Of a stretch of DNA of 64,000 bases, positions 9,843 to 18,536 are shown piece after piece (position 1 is the stretch's first letter; every line of letters starts with the position of its first letter). The notes under the pieces were generated by a model. That model did not search any database. It worked only from the letters and a program-made list of their open reading frames with translations, and had not been told where the DNA came from. The stretch spans positions 172,291 to 236,290 of the forward strand of contig UQCQ01000001.1 of the NCBI GenBank assembly GCA_900539595.1, written 5' to 3'. The translations under genes and the position numbers were made by a program. This stretch comes from an uncultured Mollicutes bacterium. Lineage in GTDB: Bacteria > Bacillota_I > Bacilli_A > RFN20 > CAG-826.

Positions 9843-10747
9843 GATAGTTTATGAAAGCGATCAAATTGAGAAGCATCGATTCCAAGTTCCTCTTTTAACT
9901 CATCCATACTCTCGTATTCCCATATACTCCGCGAGATCACCTTTGTTCTAACGCCATTCACGTCTTTAAACGCTTCAATTCTCCCCGCATGTGACAGATT
10001 AACCATCGAGTCTTCCATGGTTTTATTGTCCTTGAACGCCAACTCAATTCCAGACCCTTGACACATCTCGTTGATTTTTTCGCAAATTGAAGCGTACCTT
10101 TCATCCGAAATTGAATAAATTTCATCTTTAGCCGGATCGTTGTATGTCATGTATTGATAGAACTTCCATTTTGTAATCGGATATTCCCTTTGATGAGATA
10201 AGACCATGGCAACAACATCAAGAAGACCATCGTAATTTACAGGCGTAACAACAGAATGTAGTTTGATGTCGAACCCCCGTTCTTTGATGGATTTAATTCT
10301 TTTTTTGAAGCGTTCCAAATATTGAGTGTGTTGTCCATAGTTTCTCCCAAGTCTAGTGAGAATATTGTCGTCAACTGAATCAACGGTGATTGTAATACGG
10401 TCCACGACTCCAACGAGCTTATCAAGCACCCAATCCTCCAAAAGCACTGCGTTAGTTAAAAGTTCGATGCGGAGATTGCTCTCTTTGTTTTTTGGGTATT
10501 TATAGCGTTTGATGAAATCGATTAAAGAAAGAAAGTCAGAAACTTTATTCCCTCCAATGAAGAGCGGTTCTCCCCCGGACAGCGTAAGTTTTCTAACATT
10601 GAGGCGATACAAAGCTTCTACGGCTTTCTTTTTGTTTTCAAGCGACAGTTCAGACGCAACGGATGCCGGTGAACAATCACGAAAGCAGTATCCACAATTC
10701 AATACACACAAAGGCGTTAGCATCCAATAAACGGCATACTGATCCAT
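9839..10747 (-). CDS. Radical SAM enzyme
   Basis: CVLNCGYC (CxxxCxxC) at residues 14-21 and GGEPLF glycine-rich SAM motif. No obvious SPASM cysteine cluster. It is the first gene of the glycan operon. Confidence 0.7.
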   Translation of the reverse strand: MDQYAVYWMLTPLCVLNCGYCFRDCSPASVASELSLENKKKAVEALYRLNVRKLTLSGGEPLFIGGNKVSDFLSLIDFIKRYKYPKNKESNLRIELLTNAVLLEDWVLDKLVGVVDRITITVDSVDDNILTRLGRNYGQHTQYLERFKKRIKSIKERGFDIKLHSVVTPVNYDGLLDVVAMVLSHQREYPITKWKFYQYMTYNDPAKDEIYSISDERYASICEKINEMCQGSGIELAFKDNKTMEDSMVNLSHAGRIEAFKDVNGVRTKVISRSIWEYESMDELKEELGIDASQFDRFHKLS

Positions 10748-10942
10748 TCGTTCTCCTTATCAATTACTTCCGTTTAGGTGGGAAATATTGGCTTTAATTG
10801 TTTTTGATTTTATCAGTGTAACAAAAAGGAGAAAATGTTTTTATTTTCGTTGCGTAAAAATCAAAAACCGCAATCGACTTTTTGAGTTGCTACAAAACGT
10901 AAATTACCGGCATGACGTGAACGGGTAGTTCAATCACCCGTT

Positions 10943-11512
10943 TTATAAATTGATGTAATTTCGTTTTGCTTTGAATTTCGTCTCGGAGTCATGATCAAAT
11001 TCCTCTCCAGGCTTATCGAGACGATTTTTAATATCCGTACCCTTCAGAATATCAAGGAGTGGAATCATATAGTCGCCCTGTATTCCAAGCTCATGGTCCG
11101 GGAATTTGAAGAGAATCGCTACTAGGAACCTGGCGTCATCCTTTTTGCCGTCCCATTCTACTTCAACATCATCTTCCACAAGCGTTATCCCTTCAATTCT
11201 ATCCTTGATATTTACATCGATTTGCTCGACGTTTTGGAGGGCTGACGTCGCCTCGCTTTCTTTAATTTCCTTAACGAAAAACCTAGGATGGTCATCGTCT
11301 TGACTTCCAAACAAGGGATAGGGGCTATAGTCGTAATCAATCATGACCACGGAATCTTCGAGAAACAACTCAACCCTTCCGTAAACGGTTCCATCCCCAA
11401 ATTTGTCCAAGGGGTCGTGTCGTATTTTGCTCAACTTTTTCCCTATCAAGCTTTTAAGCAAAGATTTTTCTTTGTCGCTTAGACACAAATTGATCATATC
11501 AAGTTTAGCCAT
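10943..11512 (-). CDS. Hypothetical acidic protein (189 aa), a candidate partner of the upstream DinJ-like antitoxin
   Basis: ORF with strongly acidic composition. It lies 45 bp downstream of the antitoxin-like gene on the same strand. No recognisable RelE/YafQ motifs. Confidence 0.45.
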   Translation of the reverse strand: MAKLDMINLCLSDKEKSLLKSLIGKKLSKIRHDPLDKFGDGTVYGRVELFLEDSVVMIDYDYSPYPLFGSQDDDHPRFFVKEIKESEATSALQNVEQIDVNIKDRIEGITLVEDDVEVEWDGKKDDARFLVAILFKFPDHELGIQGDYMIPLLDILKGTDIKNRLDKPGEEFDHDSETKFKAKRNYINL

Positions 11513-11557
11513 CTATTCCCGTTGTATTCCTCGATTAAGCGACGTCGCCCTTAAAAC

Positions 11558-11812
11558 TCACTTAGCCAATTCCTCATAAACTTTGCCGTGCTTCTTGTCC
11601 GACTTCTCCGAAAGCTCCATCAAGGTCTTTCTATCAAGATATTGAATATCGGTGCTTTTAGTAACTTTGAAAGGAATGCTCTGCTCTCTGATAGACTGTT
11701 TGATGAACATATTGAAGGCCGCGTTCATTGTGAGTCCAAGCTCCGAGAAGAGCTTCTCCGCCTTCACCTTGTCATCCGCATCCATTCTGATGGTTACGTT
11801 TACGCTTGCCAT
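11558..11812 (-). CDS. DinJ/RelB-family antitoxin (ribbon-helix-helix)
   Basis: MASVNVTIRMDADDKVKAEKLFSELGLTMNAAFNMFIKQSIREQSIPF aligns motif-for-motif with E. coli DinJ (V.aRiDedLK..A..vl..mGLT......i.L..v.re..lPF). Confidence 0.65.
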   Translation of the reverse strand: MASVNVTIRMDADDKVKAEKLFSELGLTMNAAFNMFIKQSIREQSIPFKVTKSTDIQYLDRKTLMELSEKSDKKHGKVYEELAK

Positions 11813-12239
11813 AAATTGTCTCCTTGTTTTGGAATATTATATCAGAAATCTAAAGTAATAGAAGGCAAAAAATGTGCTATATATGTGCAAATAAACATTT
11901 GTAGTTTTTTCTCGCGTGGATAAAAAAGAATAAGAGGCAATCCGCATTACCTCACCTTTTCAATAAAGTCAGTGGGAAAACTCGACACGACGAGAAAAAC
12001 GGGCGATTCATTCTTCGTTTTGTCTTTGTTTAGCTACTTGTTCAGCCGTCTTTAATGTTTCTATGTATCGCTTGAGCCGTCCCGTGAGATATTTTACAAG
12101 AAGTTTGAACATTGCTTTGGGGGAACCGGTGAACCAAGATGAATTTTTCTACCCATTATGGCTCATTTTCTTTTCTGTCCGTATCCTTCATCAGGAACCA
12201 TTAGGAACCTTGCTGAATTGCCGATGCGGACGAATTGCG

Positions 12240-12780
12240 GACCATTTAAGCGTCCACGATGATGGCCCTATAAGTTCCTTCCTCGGTAATGGCTTCCCCG
12301 GCTTTGTAGTCATAGGCCTCGCCGTTTCTAGTGACGACGATGGTCTTTTTTTCGCCTGGGGCGATAGTGACCGGATCGTTGGTGATGTCACCGTCTGCTA
12401 CGTTCATATCGAAGGCGACAGTCTTGTCGATCACGATGGTGAAGGAGGTCTTGTTGCCATAGGCGTCCTGAACGGTGATGGGGTCGTGACCATTGACGGC
12501 CTAACCGAAGAGGGAACCGTCGAGGTCTATAAGGGCGGCCAGAAGATTGCCTACAGCCTCGGCGACGAGATCAAGGACTACGGCCACTACGAAGTCGTCG
12601 TGACCGATGCCTTGGGCAACTCCAGGACCTACGCCTTCACTCTCCAGTTCCAGATGAACGCCTGGGCAATCAATCACCCTCATCGCCGTTGGCCTAGCCG
12701 CCGCCATCGGTGTCACTGCAACCATCGTTCCGAAACGCAAACGCGTCTTCAAGAAGCGTGGCTAAGACCTTATTGGAGGG
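12240..12780. pseudogene. GC-rich remnants of a repeat-domain cell-surface protein gene, present on both strands and with a frameshifted C-terminal TM anchor
   Basis: The minus strand (12246-12434) encodes ...GEAYDYKAGEAITEEGTYRAIIVDA. The plus strand (12483-12660) encodes LTEEGTVEVYKGGQKIAYSLGDEIKDYGHYEVVVTDALGNSRTYAFTLQFQ. A shifted frame gives ITLIAVGLAAAIGVTATIVPKRKRVFKKRG* after a stop. The 323-aa ORF 12063-13034 is a chimera of sense and antisense pieces. Confidence 0.35.
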
Positions 12781-13490
12781 GGAAAGTGCCCCGTCTTGCT
12801 AAACAGGATAAGGAGGTGGCTCAATCTGCGCCACTTCCCCTCCGGACCAGGGTTCGGCAGTGGGAAACCCACATGACGAGAACACAAACAGAAATGGACC
12901 TAATTGAAGAAGATTATTGTCTGATGGCAGAAACGGTTCTGGCAATGGTATATTTCTGCCATCTATCCAGGACGTTAATAATTCGGTCTCTAAAACTATT
13001 TGAGATTGGTAAAACCCTGCAGCTCAACTCCTGAGCTTCCAAACGAAGAAGGTAGAACTGAACAGCTCGCCATGTCCTTAAAGCGTCTGGTTTATTTCCT
13101 TCTTCGAAACATTGAATCTCTTGCCGATGGCCGAGGCCTTCTGGTTGACAGCCACGGGCAAAGTATCAAAAAAACGAAAGTCCACCCTCTATGAAGAGAG
13201 GGTCATCGTTTATACATCAATGTCAACGAAGAGTTGTTTCTTCTTTTTCTTGAATTTGTTGATGATTGATATCTGCTTGTTTCGACGGCAGGTTGGACCA
13301 CATGTTTGGCACTGTATTTATTACGGCCGAGATTCATGTATCGCCTCTTTCTTTTTATTGGCACATTACTCCGACACCAAAAAATCACAAACTGACGGTG
13401 TGATTCAAGGACGATTTCTCAGATTACTTTCAGGGACGAAAAAAGAAGTCCACAAAGGATTTGATTGTAACGTTGGAGCTCTAGTTATGT

Positions 13491-14708
13491 TCAGTTGAAA
13501 TCCAGATTCTCTTGTTCCAGTTTGACATCGTGCTCAAGCATGTAGCGGATGGTTTCGTGGAATTCCTTGGCTTCTTCCTTGTGGAGCATTAGGCCAAGGC
13601 GCTTCTTGTCATTTTCAGAAAGATGCATGCATTCGGTTGCGTATTTCTCCAGTTCAGGGATGCCCATCATAAGAGGATGAACGTCAATACCCGTCTTCCT
13701 TCTTAGGTCAAGGAGGATGTTGAATCCACCCCAATCGATGTCACCGATGTGGTAGAAAGGCAAGGAAGGATTGAAATCATGAATCTTTTTTAAGAGTTCC
13801 CTCTTGATGGAATTGTGGTAGCCGGCGAGATAGATCACGATGGCATCTTTGCCTAGGTAGTAATAGTAGGTTGTGAGGTTCTCGATGGTGATGACTTTCT
13901 TCTTGGATATCGAAAGGATTTTCATCTCGCCGATTTCTTTGTCCGTCATAGAGAAATCATCATTCAGGGCATCAAGGTCAATAATCTGGCTGTTGATGGA
14001 AAATGACATCCCATACCGGAGATAGGCGAACAAAGGGTTCTTGACGATGCCGTGTTCGGCATAGACATCGTCGATTTTTTCATATTCCTCCCCCGAGAAT
14101 TCCTGGAAAATGCGTAGAATCTTGGTTTCGTTGCGCTGAAGGAGTTTGGAGTCGGAGAAATTTCTGGCCGAAAAGTTCCGCAGCAAGATTTCTTCATGCT
14201 GATTTTCGATGGCGCGGACGATGCTGACCTGTGTCTTCAAGTCATCCAAGTCTTTGTAATGGCTGAGGTGGGATTTATGGGCCTCAACCAAGCCAAGAAG
14301 AAACAGCAGATAGGATTTCTCCGTTGGCCCTGCTTCAGTATCGGACAGGCGGGACTGGATGAATTCCTTTTCAGAAGAGACGACATTGCTTTTCCTTTTG
14401 TGTCCGGTTAGCCGATACGCCTCATTCAGTTTCTTTTCGCTTTGGTTAAGCTCGATATGGTGTAGAAGTTTTGTCTTCCGGTCCCAGTCGAGGAGAACCA
14501 GGCCATCCTTTTCCAGAGATTTGGCGGCCTGATCGATGTCATCCCGGTATTTGTAGGAATCCTCTGCCATATATTCCGGCAGAGCCTTGTCTTTCCAGAC
14601 ATCAATTCGGATTTTCGTTTGTTTTGAATCCTCGGCTTCAAAGCCTCTTTCCCCGCCTTGGTGTTTGTCCAAAAGCCGGTTTAGGATGATGTTTTCATAA
14701 TCCTTCAT
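13491..14708 (-). CDS. jetD: Wadjet JetD (Toprim/DUF2220-type nuclease subunit)
   Basis: C-terminal Toprim-like FYHIGDIDWGGFNI. It is ~405 aa and the last gene of a four-gene operon following an SMC-like ATPase; its start overlaps the jetC stop by 4 bp. Confidence 0.7.
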   Translation of the reverse strand: MKDYENIILNRLLDKHQGGERGFEAEDSKQTKIRIDVWKDKALPEYMAEDSYKYRDDIDQAAKSLEKDGLVLLDWDRKTKLLHHIELNQSEKKLNEAYRLTGHKRKSNVVSSEKEFIQSRLSDTEAGPTEKSYLLFLLGLVEAHKSHLSHYKDLDDLKTQVSIVRAIENQHEEILLRNFSARNFSDSKLLQRNETKILRIFQEFSGEEYEKIDDVYAEHGIVKNPLFAYLRYGMSFSINSQIIDLDALNDDFSMTDKEIGEMKILSISKKKVITIENLTTYYYYLGKDAIVIYLAGYHNSIKRELLKKIHDFNPSLPFYHIGDIDWGGFNILLDLRRKTGIDVHPLMMGIPELEKYATECMHLSENDKKRLGLMLHKEEAKEFHETIRYMLEHDVKLEQENLDFN

Positions 14709-17700
14709 GATTCCTTGAACCTCGGACGCGGGAAGATCCGGTCTTTGATTTTGACGAGCCCAATCGTTGTGTCGACGTAAGGGAATATCGGTTTTGCGTT
14801 CCTTGAAGGAACGGCGATGATGGGCTGGATGGATAGCTTGCGGAAGAACTGCATCATGGAATCGACGTGGGCCTCGTCCATCTTCTCAAAGGCCTCGTCG
14901 AACATGACGATGCACCCTTTGGATCGCTCGGAGTAGCCTGACTTTACGATTTGGTCGAATGAGGCGGCAATAATGACGTAAAAAGGCGTCTGGGTCTCGC
15001 CACCGCTCTTGGACTTGTTAATCTTGGAGAAACGATAACTCTTGCCGTATTTGTTCGTGATGATGATGTCGTAACTCATGAACTTCCGGTAATCGGTGAA
15101 ATCTTGTATGACTTTCATGGATTTCTCGTCCTTAGTATCTGCCGTAAGTCTCTTGAAGAGATCGTTCATGAGCTCCATGTTGCTGGTTGAGAGCTGCTCG
15201 GTGAAAAGATCCTTGATGGAATAATCTTCATTGCTTCGGAAGATTTCGTAGAATGGCGCAAACGTCGGATCCTTGGCTTTGGAAATCTCGAACTGATAAA
15301 TCTCCTCAGACGAGCCGAAGGGCTTGTCCTTGAGAATTTTGTTCAGATCTTTTATGTTCCTGATCTCATTGTTGATGTTGTTTCTAATCTCGGCGATGTA
15401 AGAGTTCTGGAAGGTTGTTTTCGCCTCTTCTTTGACTTTATTGAGACGATCTTCGTATTCGGCGAGATGACGCTTGACCACATTGTTGTATTCCTGGTAG
15501 AAGCCATCCAGACTGTCCATGTCGGCTCTGGCGTCGAAGGAAAACTTCGCGATGTATTCATTCATCAGGGCAATAATCGCTCTGAAATCGCTATCAATGG
15601 TTTGCGCATAATTGCCGATACGGGATTGCAATTGACCGTCGTTCAAAGGGTTTTCGGCGATAAAGGAATCCAAGTGTGCGCTTATTTGCGGGTCGCGCAT
15701 CATACCCAAAAATTCCCCATTGGCTTTTTCTAGGCCGGCAGAAGAGCTCTTCAGCTCCTCTTCTGCTTTTGTGGAAGAGGCTATGGATGCCTTTTCGCTT
15801 TTGTCGGCATCGGTCTGCTGTTTTTTCAGCCCGTCAATTTTGTCATTGATTGTATTGACCTGCGCCGTCAGTTTGCCGACGTTTTCCTTAAGACTATCGT
15901 ATTGTGTCTGAAGCCCGCTGACCTCCTTTTCCTTTTCTATCTTCTGCTGCCAGTAGTTCTCGATTTTAGAGAGTCGGCTATAGTCGTTTCCTTCGCCTAA
16001 TTTGATAAGCTGGCGGAGTTCGCCTGCCTTTGCTTCCAAAGGCGGCATCTTTTCCCCGACTTCCTTCAGTTCGTTTTCAACTTGTTCCAGCTGTATCTTG
16101 ATGGAATTGAGGCCGATATAAGGCGTCCTGTAGACTTCGGGCCTCGTCTGCCTTGCGGCCTTGTTTCGATAGACCATGACGGTCTTCGTGATGGAGCAAG
16201 GGTACTTTTTCAATTCATCCTCGGAATCCACGCAGATGACCTGACCAAGGATATAGCTGGCGTATTTCCCGGCATCCTCAGTCAAAGCGGTGACTTTCTC
16301 AGCAAGGGAGCCTTCGAGAGGCTTATCGTCTTTGAGCTTGGCGACGTCGACCAGTCCGACTCCGGAGATGTGTCTCTCAGTTTTGTATCTTTCATAAAGT
16401 CGAAGCGCCTCATCGAAGTATTCTTTCGGCACGAAAAGGTCAAAGCGTCTGGTGTTCAAATAACCTTCAATGGCGTTTCTCCACTCCTCGTTCTCCTGAG
16501 GAATCTCCAGCAGCTCACAGAACGGTTTAGGCTCAACGTCGACTCCGTATTTCCGCTTAAGGCCTGCTTGCATGACTTCTTTAAGCGACGTTATTTTTGG
16601 GTCATAATCCGGGATGCCCTTCTTCAGGCTATCCCTCCTAGCCATCAGCTTGCTCTGCTGATCTTTCAAGTCATTCAGCTCTCCCTTCAGATCTGATTCA
16701 ACTTGCCTGTTTTCGGAAAGGGCCGCGTCCAGTTTGGCCTTATAGGCTTCCAGTTCTCCTTTGAGCTCGGCAAAATCCTCTTCCGCAACGGCGTGGGAAA
16801 ACCTCGTCTGGATACGGAAGGCCGTGGCGATCTCCTTCTCCTTGAGAACGTCCTGGCTCAATTCGGTAGCCTTGTCGGCGAGCCTGCGGAGTTCCTTGCT
16901 GGCCCCATCGAGTTTGTCTTTGATTTCCTTGATTCGGATGTATGCCTCCTGGTGCTCGATGGCATATTTGCTTTCCTTCAACTCGTCGAGCTGGTCGGAA
17001 ATCTGTGCCTTTAGGGTGTTCAGAGCCTCTTGGCGCGCCTTTTCCTCGATGATTTTTCTTTGGCAGGAGGTGATAGAGCCGTTGAAGCGGTCGATCTGCC
17101 TCTTTTTCTGATAGGCGAAGCAAAGTTTCCGGTTCAGCAAGGCCTCTTTGTATTCATCACCGCGATGGATGATGTTCTCGAGGATCGTCTGTTTGGCCTT
17201 GTCGGTCTCAACAATGGCGAGAGTATCGTTATAGGTTCGGATGTTGGCGCGTATTTCCTCGATACTGACGTTCTTTTCCGGCATCAGGAAGCGGTAGACG
17301 AAACTGTCCACATCGTCGATCGGCTTGAAGGAGACGGCCTTGGGGAGGAGTTCGTAATACTTTCCGCCTTCAAGGGAGAGAATCGAATACAAAGCCCTTC
17401 GGATATCTTTTTTGGCGTCCCCGAGGTCATTCAGATCCTTGAATCTTTTCTTCATCGCCGCGAAATTCAGGTAAACCTTCTTTCCTTCAATTTCGGTCGA
17501 GAAAAGATCCTCGGTCATCTTGGTGTCTTTGAAATGGTAGAAGCCTCTTCCGGTCCTTGCCTTTCCCTCTTGGATTTCAAGGACGGCCCCGATGACAAAA
17601 TATTTTTTGGCTTCCTCATCAAAGAACTCCAGGGCGATGTGACTCACCACCGAAGGTTCTGTACGGAGGTCAGGATGGTCCACTTCTCCTGTGTGGCCTC

Positions 17701-17914
17701 GCATATAGGTCTCGATCGTTCTGTCGTTTTTGTCGTTGGCGGCTGCGTTGAAATAATCAGTGTCCCCACCTGTCAATAGGAAATACAAAGCATCGATGAG
17801 GGAGGATTTCCCCGAGCCGTTCTCTCCGGTTACGAGAATCGATCCCCTCACGTCGACGGTCTCGTCATAGAAGCCCTGCCAGTTGATGAGCTTAATCTTC
17901 GTCAGCGTCTTCAT
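14705..17914 (-). CDS. jetC: Wadjet JetC (SMC-like ATPase, MksB-like)
   Basis: N-terminal Walker A GENGSGKSSLIDALYFLLTGG. It has a long coiled-coil middle and a C-terminal Walker B/D-loop (IVMFDEAFEKMDEAH). 1069 aa. Confidence 0.8.
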   Translation of the reverse strand: MKTLTKIKLINWQGFYDETVDVRGSILVTGENGSGKSSLIDALYFLLTGGDTDYFNAAANDKNDRTIETYMRGHTGEVDHPDLRTEPSVVSHIALEFFDEEAKKYFVIGAVLEIQEGKARTGRGFYHFKDTKMTEDLFSTEIEGKKVYLNFAAMKKRFKDLNDLGDAKKDIRRALYSILSLEGGKYYELLPKAVSFKPIDDVDSFVYRFLMPEKNVSIEEIRANIRTYNDTLAIVETDKAKQTILENIIHRGDEYKEALLNRKLCFAYQKKRQIDRFNGSITSCQRKIIEEKARQEALNTLKAQISDQLDELKESKYAIEHQEAYIRIKEIKDKLDGASKELRRLADKATELSQDVLKEKEIATAFRIQTRFSHAVAEEDFAELKGELEAYKAKLDAALSENRQVESDLKGELNDLKDQQSKLMARRDSLKKGIPDYDPKITSLKEVMQAGLKRKYGVDVEPKPFCELLEIPQENEEWRNAIEGYLNTRRFDLFVPKEYFDEALRLYERYKTERHISGVGLVDVAKLKDDKPLEGSLAEKVTALTEDAGKYASYILGQVICVDSEDELKKYPCSITKTVMVYRNKAARQTRPEVYRTPYIGLNSIKIQLEQVENELKEVGEKMPPLEAKAGELRQLIKLGEGNDYSRLSKIENYWQQKIEKEKEVSGLQTQYDSLKENVGKLTAQVNTINDKIDGLKKQQTDADKSEKASIASSTKAEEELKSSSAGLEKANGEFLGMMRDPQISAHLDSFIAENPLNDGQLQSRIGNYAQTIDSDFRAIIALMNEYIAKFSFDARADMDSLDGFYQEYNNVVKRHLAEYEDRLNKVKEEAKTTFQNSYIAEIRNNINNEIRNIKDLNKILKDKPFGSSEEIYQFEISKAKDPTFAPFYEIFRSNEDYSIKDLFTEQLSTSNMELMNDLFKRLTADTKDEKSMKVIQDFTDYRKFMSYDIIITNKYGKSYRFSKINKSKSGGETQTPFYVIIAASFDQIVKSGYSERSKGCIVMFDEAFEKMDEAHVDSMMQFFRKLSIQPIIAVPSRNAKPIFPYVDTTIGLVKIKDRIFPRPRFKES

Positions 17915-18536
17915 CGCTATCCTCCTCTCCTCCGCTCTCGTGCTTCAGGGCGCTGATTCGCCCGATAATGTCCTCCAGCTTCTCTTGCGGAATCACGATC
18001 TGGATGGAAGGAAGAATGTGAATCTGGGTGTTCTCATCGATTCTCGTCGCCGAGAATTCGACGATGCTATGAGCACGGAACTTCCTTAGAGCGTCATTGT
18101 ATTTGGATACCTGTTTCGAATCGGGAACTACCTGAGCGGTGTCCATCTGGGTGATGAGCTCATCCACGGAGACGAAGATCTCGTCGCTCGAGGTGATCTC
18201 CCGCTTCTTCTGGTTGTAGACTTTCCTCAGGATCAGCAGCAAGGCCGTGTCGAACTTGGTGAGCCTCATCCGGTCCCGATTGGCAAGCGTCTTGACGTAG
18301 ATAACACCGATTTCCTTTTGGGCGATGAGGTCGTAGTCAAGCAAGGAAAACAGGGAGGAGAAGCACTCTAGGTTTTCGATGACGACGAAATAGTCCTGGT
18401 AGTCGTCCTTCTTCTCCCGAATCAGGAAGTTGTTCCCGAGGAGCTTGGCTGAGATTCGGGAGAAAGTTTTACTATCCGTCTCCCCCAGAGCCATGTATTT
18501 GGTATAAAACGTCTCGCAGTCCTGCTGCTTACTCAT
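17892..18536 (-). CDS. jetB: Wadjet JetB (MksE-like, DUF4194-type)
   Basis: 214-aa acidic protein between jetA and jetC with overlapping start/stop codons. Assigned by its position and size within the jetABCD operon. Confidence 0.55.
   Translation of the reverse strand: MSKQQDCETFYTKYMALGETDSKTFSRISAKLLGNNFLIREKKDDYQDYFVVIENLECFSSLFSLLDYDLIAQKEIGVIYVKTLANRDRMRLTKFDTALLLILRKVYNQKKREITSSDEIFVSVDELITQMDTAQVVPDSKQVSKYNDALRKFRAHSIVEFSATRIDENTQIHILPSIQIVIPQEKLEDIIGRISALKHESGGEEDSDEDADED

Noticed and set aside
10748-10942. Hairpin AACGGGT-agttcaatc-ACCCGTT as a promoter-associated element for the glycan operon
   Set aside because: It is more simply the terminator of the upstream DinJ-like/acidic gene pair, with T-run on one side only. 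No -35/-10 could be assigned confidently.
12063-13034. 323-aa plus-strand ORF as an intact gene
   Set aside because: Its translation is a chimera. The middle section is a genuine surface-protein repeat, but the flanks are antisense or out-of-frame readings of other fragments. It has no start context and no coherent domain order, so it is treated as part of a pseudogene patch.
15352-17779. Several 60-250-aa ORFs on the plus strand inside jetC, and similar antisense ORFs inside the 1294-aa glycan gene, the SNF2 gene and res
   Set aside because: Antisense or alternate-frame shadows of long, well-supported genes. None has an RBS or recognisable motifs.
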